A stretch of DNA of 56,034 nt from an uncultured Endomicrobiia bacterium (GCA_905234925.1 CAJOJJ010000001.1:1-56034); one strand, 5' to 3'; positions 1-7,606 are shown, counted from the first letter of the stretch. The notes: generated by a model from the sequence alone, not told the origin. Numbers and translations: made by a program.

Positions 1-91
1 TTGAGATAAATTCATTTTTTGTCTTGGCAATCAAATCAAGAGCCTGTACACCTATTGACCCTGTAGAACCCAATATCGAGATATTTTTCAT
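1..91 (-). CDS. dxr: 1-deoxy-D-xylulose-5-phosphate reductoisomerase, first 30 codons only (gene continues past the left edge)
   Basis: Not in the ORF track. The reverse-strand ATG at 91..89 reads MKNISILGSTGSIGVQALDLIAKTKNEFIS. ILGSTGSIG is the Dxr NADPH-binding N-terminus, and dxr is the usual neighbour of uppS-cdsA. Confidence 0.7.
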   Translation of the reverse strand, partial: MKNISILGSTGSIGVQALDLIAKTKNEFIS

Positions 92-223
92 TTATTACAC
101 CTTAAATCAAATAAAGTCCGTATATTTTACAAAATTTTAAAAATTTTATAAAGAAAAAAAATCGAGCAGAGAAATTCAATACTTTCACTACCCGATTTTA
201 TTTAATGAAAATATTTATTTTAA

Positions 224-571
224 TTACTTATGTTCCTTTTCCAATACTTTAATTTTATTTTTTAATTCAATATTTTCTTTTTCTAATTTTAAAATTTTAT
301 TTTCCAATTGCAATATTTTAAAATCCTTTTTATCAAGTTTTGATTTTTTATTATTATAATCAGAATTTTCAATAAAATAATTATAGTCTATATCTAAAAC
401 AGAAGAAATTTTTTTAATGGAATCAAGAGACGGATTTCTCACTCCGCTTATCCAATTTGTAATCATAGCTTTTGTTATTCCGAGCCTATCTGCAAGTTCC
501 CTTTGATTAATATCTTTTTCAAGCATAATCTTCTTAAATTGTTTACCAAAAAAACTTCTTTTCTTTTTCAT
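224..571 (-). CDS. XRE-family helix-turn-helix transcriptional regulator with coiled-coil C-terminal tail
   Basis: 115 aa. INQRELADRLGITKAMITNWISGVRNPSLDSIKKISSVL is a classic HTH_3 motif. The C-terminus LQLENKILKLEKENIELKNKIKVLEKE is leucine-zipper-like. Confidence 0.8.
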   Translation of the reverse strand: MKKKRSFFGKQFKKIMLEKDINQRELADRLGITKAMITNWISGVRNPSLDSIKKISSVLDIDYNYFIENSDYNNKKSKLDKKDFKILQLENKILKLEKENIELKNKIKVLEKEHK

Positions 572-597
572 AAAGACTCCCTAAAACAACAAAAACC

Positions 598-626
598 TTG
601 ACTTTATCACTAAAATGTTGTAATAT
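598..626 (+). promoter_or_regulatory. candidate sigma70-type promoter facing the pilin-like gene, overlapping the XRE upstream region
   Basis: TTGACT (598-603), 17-nt spacer, TAATAT (621-626). Two 12-bp direct repeats TATTAATATATC at 624-635 and 644-655 overlap it. In AT-rich DNA, chance matches are common. Confidence 0.35.
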
Positions 627-806
627 TAATATATCTTAAGATGTATTAATATATCAAAAATTTTTAACAAAATATACAAGAATAAGCCGACCGGACTGCA
701 TTCATAGCAACAGTTTTGGGAATTAAACTGCAACATAGCAGCAACTTAATTTGACGATAAAATCATAGAACTTATAACTTATTTATCTCTCGGCTTATTA
801 TAGCAT

Positions 807-986
807 AAAAAATTGCCTTTGGCAATTTTTGGAAGATGGGAGGATTGGAAGAATAGAAAAAAAGGAATTTAATTAACATAGATTCCCGACCAACGGCTCT
901 TCGGGAATGACAAACGAAAGACAATGTAGAATGTACAATAAAATACAATTTATAAAAATGGATCCTGAATCAAGTTCAGGATGACA
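807..986. repeat. intergenic mosaic of repeat modules F, C, B, A and a B-like hairpin
   Basis: The modules are: F hairpin AAAAATTGCC-TTT-GGCAATTTTT (808-830); C octamers GGAAGATG GGAGGATT GGAAGAAT (831-856); B hairpin GATTCCCGACCAACGGCTCTTCGGGAATGACA (881-914); A heptamer-type ACAATGTAGAATGTACAATAAA (921-950); B-like hairpin ATCCTGAA-TCAAG-TTCAGGATGACA (960-986), directly before the pilin RBS. Confidence 0.85.
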
Positions 987-1000
987 AGAGGAGAAAATTT

Positions 1001-1636
1001 ATGAAAACATTAAACAACAAAAGACACCGGATTGCCACCGAAAAACAATGTGCAATGTATAATGTACAATGTACAATAAACGACAACGGCAATGAACGAC
1101 AATTAAAGACAACGTCGGCTCGCAATGACGACGAAACGGCAACGACGAGATGCCCGACAAAGACATTCGGGCATGACAGACGAGTCGGTTTTACCTTAGT
1201 AGAGTTGGTTATCACAATTGCTATTGTTATTATTTTGTCGGTGGTAAGTGTTCCGATTTACAGAGGATATATTGATAAGGCAAAAATGTCGGAGGGATAT
1301 GCGTTATTAGGAACTATTCTTTCAGCACAAAAAGCATATTTTTCAGAATATGGAAATTTCTTAGATGATTATCAAGGAAGCGGAGGAGTTTGTAAATTTA
1401 CTTCCAAAGATGAAGTTCTTGGAATAGATGCTCGTGGAAATAAGCATTTCACTCTTTTTTATTTTGATTATAGCGGAAATGCTTCATCAATTGGTAAATA
1501 TTTTTTTGAAGGTGATGTATTAATACCGAAAGACTTAACCACGAGTGGAAAAAATGTATTAAGAATGTATTACAACATAACAAGCGGAGCAACTGTTAAA
1601 GACATAGTTGCACAAGAAAATTGGTCTTTTGAGTAA
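1001..1636 (+). CDS. prepilin-type N-terminal cleavage/methylation domain protein (type IV pilin / pseudopilin-like) with an abnormally long 63-aa leader
   Basis: G|FTLVELVITIAIVIILSVVSVPIYRGYIDKAKMSEGY is the canonical prepilin cleavage/methylation motif plus hydrophobic helix. A strong RBS AGGAG lies 7 nt before the ATG at 1001. No ATG, GTG or TTG lies in frame between 1058 and the GFTL motif. Confidence 0.75.
   Translation: MKTLNNKRHRIATEKQCAMYNVQCTINDNGNERQLKTTSARNDDETATTRCPTKTFGHDRRVGFTLVELVITIAIVIILSVVSVPIYRGYIDKAKMSEGYALLGTILSAQKAYFSEYGNFLDDYQGSGGVCKFTSKDEVLGIDARGNKHFTLFYFDYSGNASSIGKYFFEGDVLIPKDLTTSGKNVLRMYYNITSGATVKDIVAQENWSFE
1025..1186 (+). repeat. repeat mosaic (modules A and B plus ACGACAA/CGGCAA filler) lying in frame inside the prepilin leader
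   Basis: CAATGTGCAATGTATAATGTACAATGTACAATAAAC (module A) and GATGCCCGACAAAGACATTCGGGCATGACAGA (module B variant). It is 162 bp = 54 codons with no stop, bounded by MKTLNNKR and GFTLVELV. Confidence 0.8.
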
Positions 1637-1768
1637 AAAGAATTTTTAGGAAATATTGATTGTAAAACGGTTATTTATAACAATTTATAATTAACGATAA
1701 AAAAGAAAGAACATAAATCAATTAATTTAAGGATACAGAAAAAACTGAAAAGTTTGTGACAAAATGAA

Positions 1769-1824
1769 GAAACTCGCAAACGCAGTGTACATAAGTTTTA
1801 ACGATACATAAGTTTGCGAGTTTC
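1769..1824. repeat. module G: 13-bp perfect inverted repeat around a GTACATAAGTTT-containing loop, between convergent genes
   Basis: GAAACTCGCAAAC (1769-1781) pairs with GTTTGCGAGTTTC (1812-1824). The loop carries GTGTACATAAGTTT and GATACATAAGTTT. A second copy lies at 38638-38693. Confidence 0.8.
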
Positions 1825-1856
1825 AATATTGTAGTCCAAAATTTACTGTTTTTTCG

Positions 1857-2639
1857 TTAGAAGATGTTTAAAATATAATAAAATATCGGAGCGGCGAAGA
1901 GGTAGGAGTCGAAGCGATCAAGCATTCCGCCGTGTCCGGGAAGAATATTACCCGAATCTTTTATATTGCAGTCTCTTTTGAATAAAGATTCCGCAAGGTC
2001 GGAAAACTGACCGACGAAAGAAATAACAAGCCCGTAAATTACTGCCTGATTATTTGTTATAACATCATGTAAAAATAAGTATCTGTATGCTATTGAAACA
2101 AGCACAGCCGTAACTACACCTGCCAAAGCCCCCTCAATGGTTTTTTTAGGGCTGATAATTGATGCCAGTTTATGGCTGCCGAATTTTTTACCGACGAAAT
2201 ATGCCCCAGTATCAAGCATCCAAACATTAACAAAAAGAAATATTATATAGTGCATTCCGTATTTCGGAATATCTCTTATAAGCACCATATGAAATAAAGA
2301 CCATGTTATAAAAAATGTTCCAAAACAAGTTACTGCTATTGATGCGGAAATATTTTCAATATTTTTTCTTGCCATTGCAAAGAAGAAAAATATAAATATT
2401 GCACAAATAATTATTTCATTAACATAAAAAGCAGTATTTAAAGCAAGATAAAATATCACTGCCGCAAGCACACCCAAAATTCCCATAGGTTTATATTTTT
2501 TTGTAACGGAAAAAAATTCCATAACGGAAAACAAAACAACTATAAAAAACATAGTTTGGAAAAATATTCCGCCATAAAATATACAGGCGAAGACTATCGG
2601 TATTCCGACAATTGCGGTTAGTATTCTTGGTAATAACAT
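1857..2639 (-). CDS. cdsA: phosphatidate cytidylyltransferase (CDP-diglyceride synthase)
   Basis: GKKFGSHKLASIISPKKTIEGALAG and SDLAESLFKRDCNIKDSGNILPGHGGMLDRFDS are CdsA signatures. The start is moved to the ATG at 2639 (RBS AAAGGAG); the ORF-track extension to 2705 only reads through repeat module E. Confidence 0.9.
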   Translation of the reverse strand: MLLPRILTAIVGIPIVFACIFYGGIFFQTMFFIVVLFSVMEFFSVTKKYKPMGILGVLAAVIFYLALNTAFYVNEIIICAIFIFFFFAMARKNIENISASIAVTCFGTFFITWSLFHMVLIRDIPKYGMHYIIFLFVNVWMLDTGAYFVGKKFGSHKLASIISPKKTIEGALAGVVTAVLVSIAYRYLFLHDVITNNQAVIYGLVISFVGQFSDLAESLFKRDCNIKDSGNILPGHGGMLDRFDSYLFAAPIFYYILNIF

Positions 2640-2651
2640 GGTAAACTCCTT

Positions 2652-2813
2652 TAGCTGAGAACGAAAAAACTCGTTTTTCTTGGCTGAGTCGTGGACTTCG
2701 TCCACTCAGCTGAGAGATGATAGTTTTCGGTATTTTTTACTTTGTAAAAAATCTTTTATTATCAAAAAAATTTGCAAAGCAAATTTCACAACAAACTTAT
2801 CAGCTTATAAGCT
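2652..2813. repeat. repeat modules E and F plus a CTTATAAG palindrome between uppS and cdsA
   Basis: Module E is TAGCTGAG...CTGAGTCGTGGACTTCGTCCACTCAGCTGAGAG (2652-2716) with a nested hairpin. The F hairpin AAATTTGC-AAA-GCAAATTT is at 2768-2786. A perfect palindrome AGCTTATAAGCT lies near 2801-2812. Confidence 0.8.
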
Positions 2814-2822
2814 AAGTAATTG

Positions 2823-3557
2823 CTATGCAATTTTTCCAAAGCGGCGTTCTCTTTTCTGGTAATCCTTAATTGCCTTTATAAATTCTTCTTCATTAAAATC
2901 CGGCCACAAAACATCCGTCACATAAATTTCCGAATATGCTATCTGCCATAACAAAAAATTGGAAATTCTTTTCTCTCCCGACGTTCTTATCAACAAATCC
3001 GGATCGGGAAGATTTTTAGTATATAAACAATTTGAAAAATCTTCTTCCGTAGGATTTTTTATTCCTTTATCAATTAAACTTTTGCAAGCTCTTAAAATCT
3101 CTTGTCGAGAACCGTAATTTAAAGCAATATTTAAAATAAGAGCTTTATTATTTTTAGTCTTTTCTATTGCATCTTGAATATCTTTTTGAAGCTCTGCGGA
3201 CATTCTCGATATATCACCTATAACATTGAGAGATATATCGTTCCGAAGCATATTATCAAGCTCTTGTTTTAAATACAGTTTCAAAAGTTTCATAAGTCCT
3301 GAAACTTCGTCCTCAGGACGCTGCCAATTCTCCGTAGAAAATGCGTAAAGGGTCAAAACCTGAATATCAAGCTTTCTTGCAAACTCAACTATTTTCTTAA
3401 CGGTTTTGACCCCATTAGTATGTCCGAATAATCTGGGCATCAATTTTTTCTTTGCCCATCTGCCGTTGCCGTCCATAATTATTGCAATATGTTTAGGCAA
3501 CTTTGATAAATCCAATTGTTCTATTGAAGCCACTTTTTTACTTCTGAGAAATTGCAT
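2823..3557 (-). CDS. uppS: undecaprenyl (isoprenyl) diphosphate synthase
   Basis: HIAIIMDGNGRWA and RTSGEKRISNFLLWQIAYSE are UppS signatures. It sits between frr and cdsA as in most bacteria. Confidence 0.92.
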   Translation of the reverse strand: MQFLRSKKVASIEQLDLSKLPKHIAIIMDGNGRWAKKKLMPRLFGHTNGVKTVKKIVEFARKLDIQVLTLYAFSTENWQRPEDEVSGLMKLLKLYLKQELDNMLRNDISLNVIGDISRMSAELQKDIQDAIEKTKNNKALILNIALNYGSRQEILRACKSLIDKGIKNPTEEDFSNCLYTKNLPDPDLLIRTSGEKRISNFLLWQIAYSEIYVTDVLWPDFNEEEFIKAIKDYQKRERRFGKIA

Positions 3558-3711
3558 TTACGGGGCAATTTGCTGCACATGCTCCGCAGTCAACACATTT
3601 ATCTGCTGCAATTTCGTATTTGTCGCCTGCTGCACTGATTGCCTCTACCGGGCAATTTGCTGCACAAGAACCACAACCTACACAAACTTCTTTGTCAATT
3701 GAATGAGCCAT
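3538..3711 (-). CDS. small 2x[4Fe-4S] ferredoxin (57 aa), missed by the ORF track
   Basis: Reverse-strand translation is MAHSIDKEVCVGCGSCAANCPVEAISAAGDKYEIAADKCVDCGACAANCPVNAISQK*, with two CxxCxxCxxxCP motifs. The RBS is GGAGGGAGAAA. It overlaps the uppS start by 20 nt. The 98-aa plus-strand ORF 3406..3702 is its Cys-rich antisense. Confidence 0.75.
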   Translation of the reverse strand: MAHSIDKEVCVGCGSCAANCPVEAISAAGDKYEIAADKCVDCGACAANCPVNAISQK

Positions 3712-3766
3712 TTTCTCCCTCCATGAGAAATTTATAACGACAATATATAATAAACTGCAACAACGA

Positions 3767-3796
3767 GATTCCCGACAGAAACACTCGGGAATGACA
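3767..3796. repeat. module B REP-like hairpin between frr and the ferredoxin gene
   Basis: GATTCCCGACAGAAACACTCGGGAATGACA, with stem TTCCCGA/TCGGGAA. It is preceded by degenerate A-type sequence and followed by a small CAGCAC-TGT-GTGCTG hairpin. Confidence 0.8.
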
Positions 3797-3845
3797 GCAC
3801 TGTGTGCTGTTTACATACCTCTATAACTCAGCATTTCTTGAATGC

Positions 3846-4406
3846 TTATATTTTCAAAAGGTCTTCTTCTTTTTGTTTAACCAAATCATCTACCTTAGCT
3901 ATATAAGAATCGGTTAATTTCTGAATATCCGTTTCATATTTTTTTCTGTCGTCTTCCGTGATAGCTTTGTCTTTTTCAAGCTTCTTAACTTCATCAACGA
4001 TACGTCTTCTTTCGTTTCTGATTGCTATCTTATAATCTTCAGACATTTTATGAACAACTTTTATAATTTCTCTTCTTCTTTCCTCAGTAAGAGCAGGAAT
4101 TGAAATTCTGATAATTCTGCCGTCATTTACCGGAGTAAGCCCCAAATCGGATTTCAATATTGCTTTTTCTATTGCTGCAAGCTGAGACAAATCCCAAGGT
4201 CTTATTTCCAATGTTCTTCCGTCGGGAACACTAACGCCAGCAACCTGATTTAATGCAAGCAAAGAACCGTAACTTTCAACCTTTATTCCGTCTAAAAGAG
4301 CCGCATTTGCTCTGCCCGTTCTGACGGTAGAAAAATCATGTTTCACTTTTTCTATAGTTTTCTTCATAGCTTCTTCGCCGGAAGCCAAAATTTCTTTAGG
4401 TAACAT
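3846..4406 (-). CDS. frr: ribosome recycling factor
   Basis: Full-length Frr-like sequence (ANAALLDGIKVESYGS..., PALTEERRREIIKVV). The ATG at 4406 follows GGAG by 7 nt; the TTG at 4418 in the ORF track is part of that RBS. Confidence 0.92.
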   Translation of the reverse strand: MLPKEILASGEEAMKKTIEKVKHDFSTVRTGRANAALLDGIKVESYGSLLALNQVAGVSVPDGRTLEIRPWDLSQLAAIEKAILKSDLGLTPVNDGRIIRISIPALTEERRREIIKVVHKMSEDYKIAIRNERRRIVDEVKKLEKDKAITEDDRKKYETDIQKLTDSYIAKVDDLVKQKEEDLLKI

Positions 4407-4416
4407 TGTTAACTCC

Positions 4417-4497
4417 AATTTATAATTTATACTTTACAATTTATAATTAACAGCTTTAACCTCGAGATTCCTGACAGATACATTCGGGAATGACAGA
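4417..4497. repeat. degenerate module A plus module B hairpin between pyrH and frr
   Basis: CAATTTATAATTTATACTTTACAATTTATAATTAAC is followed by GATTCCTGACAGATACATTCGGGAATGACAGA (4466-4497), which abuts the pyrH stop codon. Confidence 0.8.
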
Positions 4498-5190
4498 CTA
4501 ACAAATGGATGTGCCGATAGGTTCGCCGTCTAAAACTTTCTTCAAATTGCCTTTTTTATGGAAATCAAAAACATAAATTTCTATATTGTTTTCCATACAT
4601 AACAAGAAAGCGGAGATATCCATTATTTTTAAATTTTTATCTATCGCTTCCTTATAAGATACTTTATCATATTTTTTTGCAGCCGGATCTTTCTTGGGAT
4701 CTGCCGTATAAACACCGTCAACTTGTGTAGCTTTAAGAATAATATCGGCTTTTATCTCACAGGCTCTAAGTGCCGCAGTAGTATCCGTCGTAAAATACGG
4801 GTTACCGGTACCGCCCGCAAAAACTACAATATATCCGTTGCTTAAATATTCTATGGCTTTTGCCTGCGAAAAAATTTCACAAAAATTCGTTACGCCTGCG
4901 GCTGCCAAAACAACAGATTTTATTCCGTTAGCAATTAAAACTTCACTGATTGCAATAGCATTCATTACCGTTGCAAGCATACCCATTTTATCGGCGGAAG
5001 CTCTGTTTATTTCTTTTCCCGCTCCGCGCCATAAGTTGCCTGCACCGACAACAATAGAGAGTTCTACTTGTTCGGATAAAATATTTTTTATTTCATCCGC
5101 TATCGTTTGAATACTTTGTGTTGAGACGGATTTACCGTCTCCCGATAAAGTTTCGCCTGACAGCTTAAGTAAAACTCTCTTTTTTGTCAT
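4498..5190 (-). CDS. pyrH: UMP kinase
   Basis: RVLLKLSGE, VVGAGNLWRG and VVFAGGTGNPYFTTDTTAALRA are UMP kinase motifs. Context is tsf-pyrH-frr. Confidence 0.93.
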   Translation of the reverse strand: MTKKRVLLKLSGETLSGDGKSVSTQSIQTIADEIKNILSEQVELSIVVGAGNLWRGAGKEINRASADKMGMLATVMNAIAISEVLIANGIKSVVLAAAGVTNFCEIFSQAKAIEYLSNGYIVVFAGGTGNPYFTTDTTAALRACEIKADIILKATQVDGVYTADPKKDPAAKKYDKVSYKEAIDKNLKIMDISAFLLCMENNIEIYVFDFHKKGNLKKVLDGEPIGTSIC

Positions 5191-5202
5191 TTTATTATTA
5201 CC

Positions 5203-6045
5203 TTATTCGCCGATTTTGAATCTTGCAAACTGTTTTACAACTATATCTTTATTAACTTTAGCAATAACATTCTTGATATTTTCTTTTTCTTCTCTCATAT
5301 AAGGCTGTTCCATCAAACATATCTGAGAATAAAATTTATTTAATTTACCAAGAACTATTTTATCGATTATGTTGGCAGGTTTTCCCTCTTCCTGAAGCTG
5401 CTTAACATAAATTTCTTTTTCTTTGTCTATTTCTTCCTGAGGAACTTGATCTCTCGTGATATATGAGGGGCTTACCGCCGCAATCTGCATTGCAATTTCT
5501 TTTTCAAGATTTTTAAAATCATCGGAAGCTACAACATCTGCAGGAGCTTCAAAATTTACAAGTACACCCAAAGAATTGTTCATATGAATATAAGAGGCAA
5601 CTTCCCCCGTCGTAGAAAATTTTGCAGTTCTTTTCAAAACAATATTCTCACCGATTGTTCCGATAGCTTCTTTAATAACATCCTGAACAGTTCTTGTATC
5701 ATCAAATTTCTGCTCGGAAAGATTTTCCGTAGAAGAAGTTTTTGCAACAAAATCAGCCAAACTTTCAGCCAATGCTTTAAATTTGTCGGTTCTTGCAACA
5801 AAGTCTGTTTCACAGTTAAGCTCTACCAATACACCTTGCTTCTTATCGCCGCTGAGCTTTGCTACTACTACACCCTGCTTTGCGGATCTGTCTGCTCTTT
5901 TTACTGCCGAAGCGATACCTTTTTCTCTCAAGATTTTTACGGCCGCTTCTATATCGTTATTTGCTTCTTTCAATGCGTTGTTGCAGTCTTTTATTCCTGC
6001 ACCGGTCATTTCTCTTAATTTTGTTATAAGTTCAATTGCTGACAT
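5203..6045 (-). CDS. tsf: translation elongation factor Ts
   Basis: The N-terminal UBA-like LREMTGAGIKDCNNALKEANNDIEAAVKILREKG and the CETDFVART motif identify it. It lies downstream of rpsB. Confidence 0.93.
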   Translation of the reverse strand: MSAIELITKLREMTGAGIKDCNNALKEANNDIEAAVKILREKGIASAVKRADRSAKQGVVVAKLSGDKKQGVLVELNCETDFVARTDKFKALAESLADFVAKTSSTENLSEQKFDDTRTVQDVIKEAIGTIGENIVLKRTAKFSTTGEVASYIHMNNSLGVLVNFEAPADVVASDDFKNLEKEIAMQIAAVSPSYITRDQVPQEEIDKEKEIYVKQLQEEGKPANIIDKIVLGKLNKFYSQICLMEQPYMREEKENIKNVIAKVNKDIVVKQFARFKIGE

Positions 6046-6047
6046 TA

Positions 6048-6848
6048 TTATTCTCCTTTAACTTCTTCTGCTGCTTTTTCTTCTTTAACTTCGGTTTCTT
6101 CCGCTGCAGGTGCATCTTCTTTAACTTCAGCCTGAGCTTCCGTTGCACCGTCAGCCTGTTTATTTTCAATGCCTTTACCTTCAAGAATTGCATCTGCAAT
6201 AACGGAACAGAAAAGCTTTACTGCTCTGATTGCATCATCATTTCCCGGTATAGGATGATCTATTAAATCAGGATCGCAGTTGGTATCACAAACCGCAACT
6301 ACGGGAATTTTTAATTTTTTTGCTTCTGCCAAAGCTGTTGCTTCTTCAACAGGATCTATAATGAACATAACCTCGGGAAGTTTGTTCATTGCTTTCAAAC
6401 CTTCAAGAGATTTTTCAAGTTTAATTCTTTCTTTTTCTTTCTGAGATTGTTCTTTTTTGGAGAGAACTTGAAATATTCCGTTTTCTTTCATTGCTTCAAG
6501 TTCTTTTAATCTTGCGATAGATTTTTTTAAGGTTTCGAAATTTGTAAGAGTTCCGCCCAACCATCTTTCACAAACAAAATATGCTCCGCATCTTAAAGCT
6601 TCTTCTTTGATAGGACCTTGTGCCTGTTTCTTTGTTCCGACGAAAAGAACTTCTTTTCCTTCCGCAGCGTAGTCTCTTACAACTTTGTAAACTTTCTTAA
6701 GTTCTTTCAAAGTTTTCTGCAGATCGATAATGTGAATTTTGTTTCTGCTGCCGAAAATGAATTTTCCCATTTTCGGATTCCATCTTCTTGTCTGATGCCC
6801 GAAATGAACACCTGATTCCAACAATGACTTCATTGTTACGTTTGCCAT
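6048..6848 (-). CDS. rpsB: 30S ribosomal protein S2 with acidic C-terminal tail
   Basis: [28 protein letters not shown] and the [22 protein letters not shown] motifs identify it. Confidence 0.95.
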   Translation of the reverse strand: MANVTMKSLLESGVHFGHQTRRWNPKMGKFIFGSRNKIHIIDLQKTLKELKKVYKVVRDYAAEGKEVLFVGTKKQAQGPIKEEALRCGAYFVCERWLGGTLTNFETLKKSIARLKELEAMKENGIFQVLSKKEQSQKEKERIKLEKSLEGLKAMNKLPEVMFIIDPVEEATALAEAKKLKIPVVAVCDTNCDPDLIDHPIPGNDDAIRAVKLFCSVIADAILEGKGIENKQADGATEAQAEVKEDAPAAEETEVKEEKAAEEVKGE

Positions 6849-7020
6849 TTTACTACCCCTTTTTAGTTTTTTTGTCTCTTTTTTTCCGAGACACCTCCAC
6901 GAACTTCAAACCTCAAACCCTTGTTACGGGGACTTTTGACTAATCCGTTCGTGTGCGTATTTTATACGACTTATCAACAGTATATTTTATCAAAAAAAAA
7001 TTTGCTTTGCAAATATTTTA

Positions 7021-7593
7021 TCAGCGTTTACGCTTTTTCAGCGGAATCCAATAATAAACTCCTGCAATAGAATTTGCCGGAATAAATTTACCGTCTTCCG
7101 ACAAAGACAAATTTATTTTCTCTATTGGAAGATATTTAATTATTTCACCGTTATATTGTTCCGGAAGCGGTACATTTCTTGAAAGTTCGCAGTTCTCTTC
7201 AACAGCTTCTTCTTTTAAAAGTTTTTGAACAAAATTTTTTGCCTGATCCAAAGAATCCGCAGCAATTGCGGAAATTATTTGCACCGCATAATCGCCGAAA
7301 AGAGCTTTGTTCTTATCGTACTCTTCCTGCAGAACATTACCTATAGTTAAAATATAAGGGCTGACAGCTATCCATTTTTCCGGAGCATCCGTTTCAAAAG
7401 AAAAAAGCAGATTTTCTTTTGAAAATGTATCATAAACTACTGCCGGTCTGATAATTTTTTCGCAAACAAAACAAGCTTTCTGTAAAGTTTCTTCCACTTC
7501 TATGGGAAGTTCTTCAAGATTAAGAAGTTTTCTGACGATTCTTGATATTTCTCTGGTTCTGACATTAATTTTAAAATTTTTTATCTTTCGCAT
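7021..7593 (-). CDS. hypothetical protein (190 aa); weak resemblance to stand-alone methionine-synthase activation-domain-like proteins
   Basis: The start is moved to the ATG at 7593 (RBS CGGAG); the ORF-track N-terminus (7594..7767) is just translation of repeat modules. The family call rests only on overall pattern and is not verified. Confidence 0.5.
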   Translation of the reverse strand: MRKIKNFKINVRTREISRIVRKLLNLEELPIEVEETLQKACFVCEKIIRPAVVYDTFSKENLLFSFETDAPEKWIAVSPYILTIGNVLQEEYDKNKALFGDYAVQIISAIAADSLDQAKNFVQKLLKEEAVEENCELSRNVPLPEQYNGEIIKYLPIEKINLSLSEDGKFIPANSIAGVYYWIPLKKRKR

Positions 7594-7606
7594 ATTTACT
7601 CCGATT

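Noticed and set aside
976-1215. Minus-strand ORFs across repeat DNA (976..1215, 32272..32496), translated as ...HCTLYI... peptides
   Set aside because: They are the stop-free reverse frames of the (AATGTAC)n module. They have no RBS and they overlap better-supported genes.
224-1636. The XRE regulator plus pilin insert considered as a mobile element or prophage remnant
   Set aside because: There is no integrase, transposase, terminal inverted repeats or flanking target duplication that I can see. It is reported only as an interruption of a conserved operon.
3406-3702. 98-aa Cys-rich plus-strand ORF
   Set aside because: It is the antisense of the uppS 5' end and of the small ferredoxin gene. 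The Cys richness is the mirror image of the ferredoxin GCA/ACA codons.
3796-3825. GTGCTGTTTAC motif resembling the 5' part of SRP (4.5S) RNA
   Set aside because: The GGAAG...CAGCC domain IV core and a complementary 3' strand are absent. The motif is part of a small hairpin next to a module B repeat.
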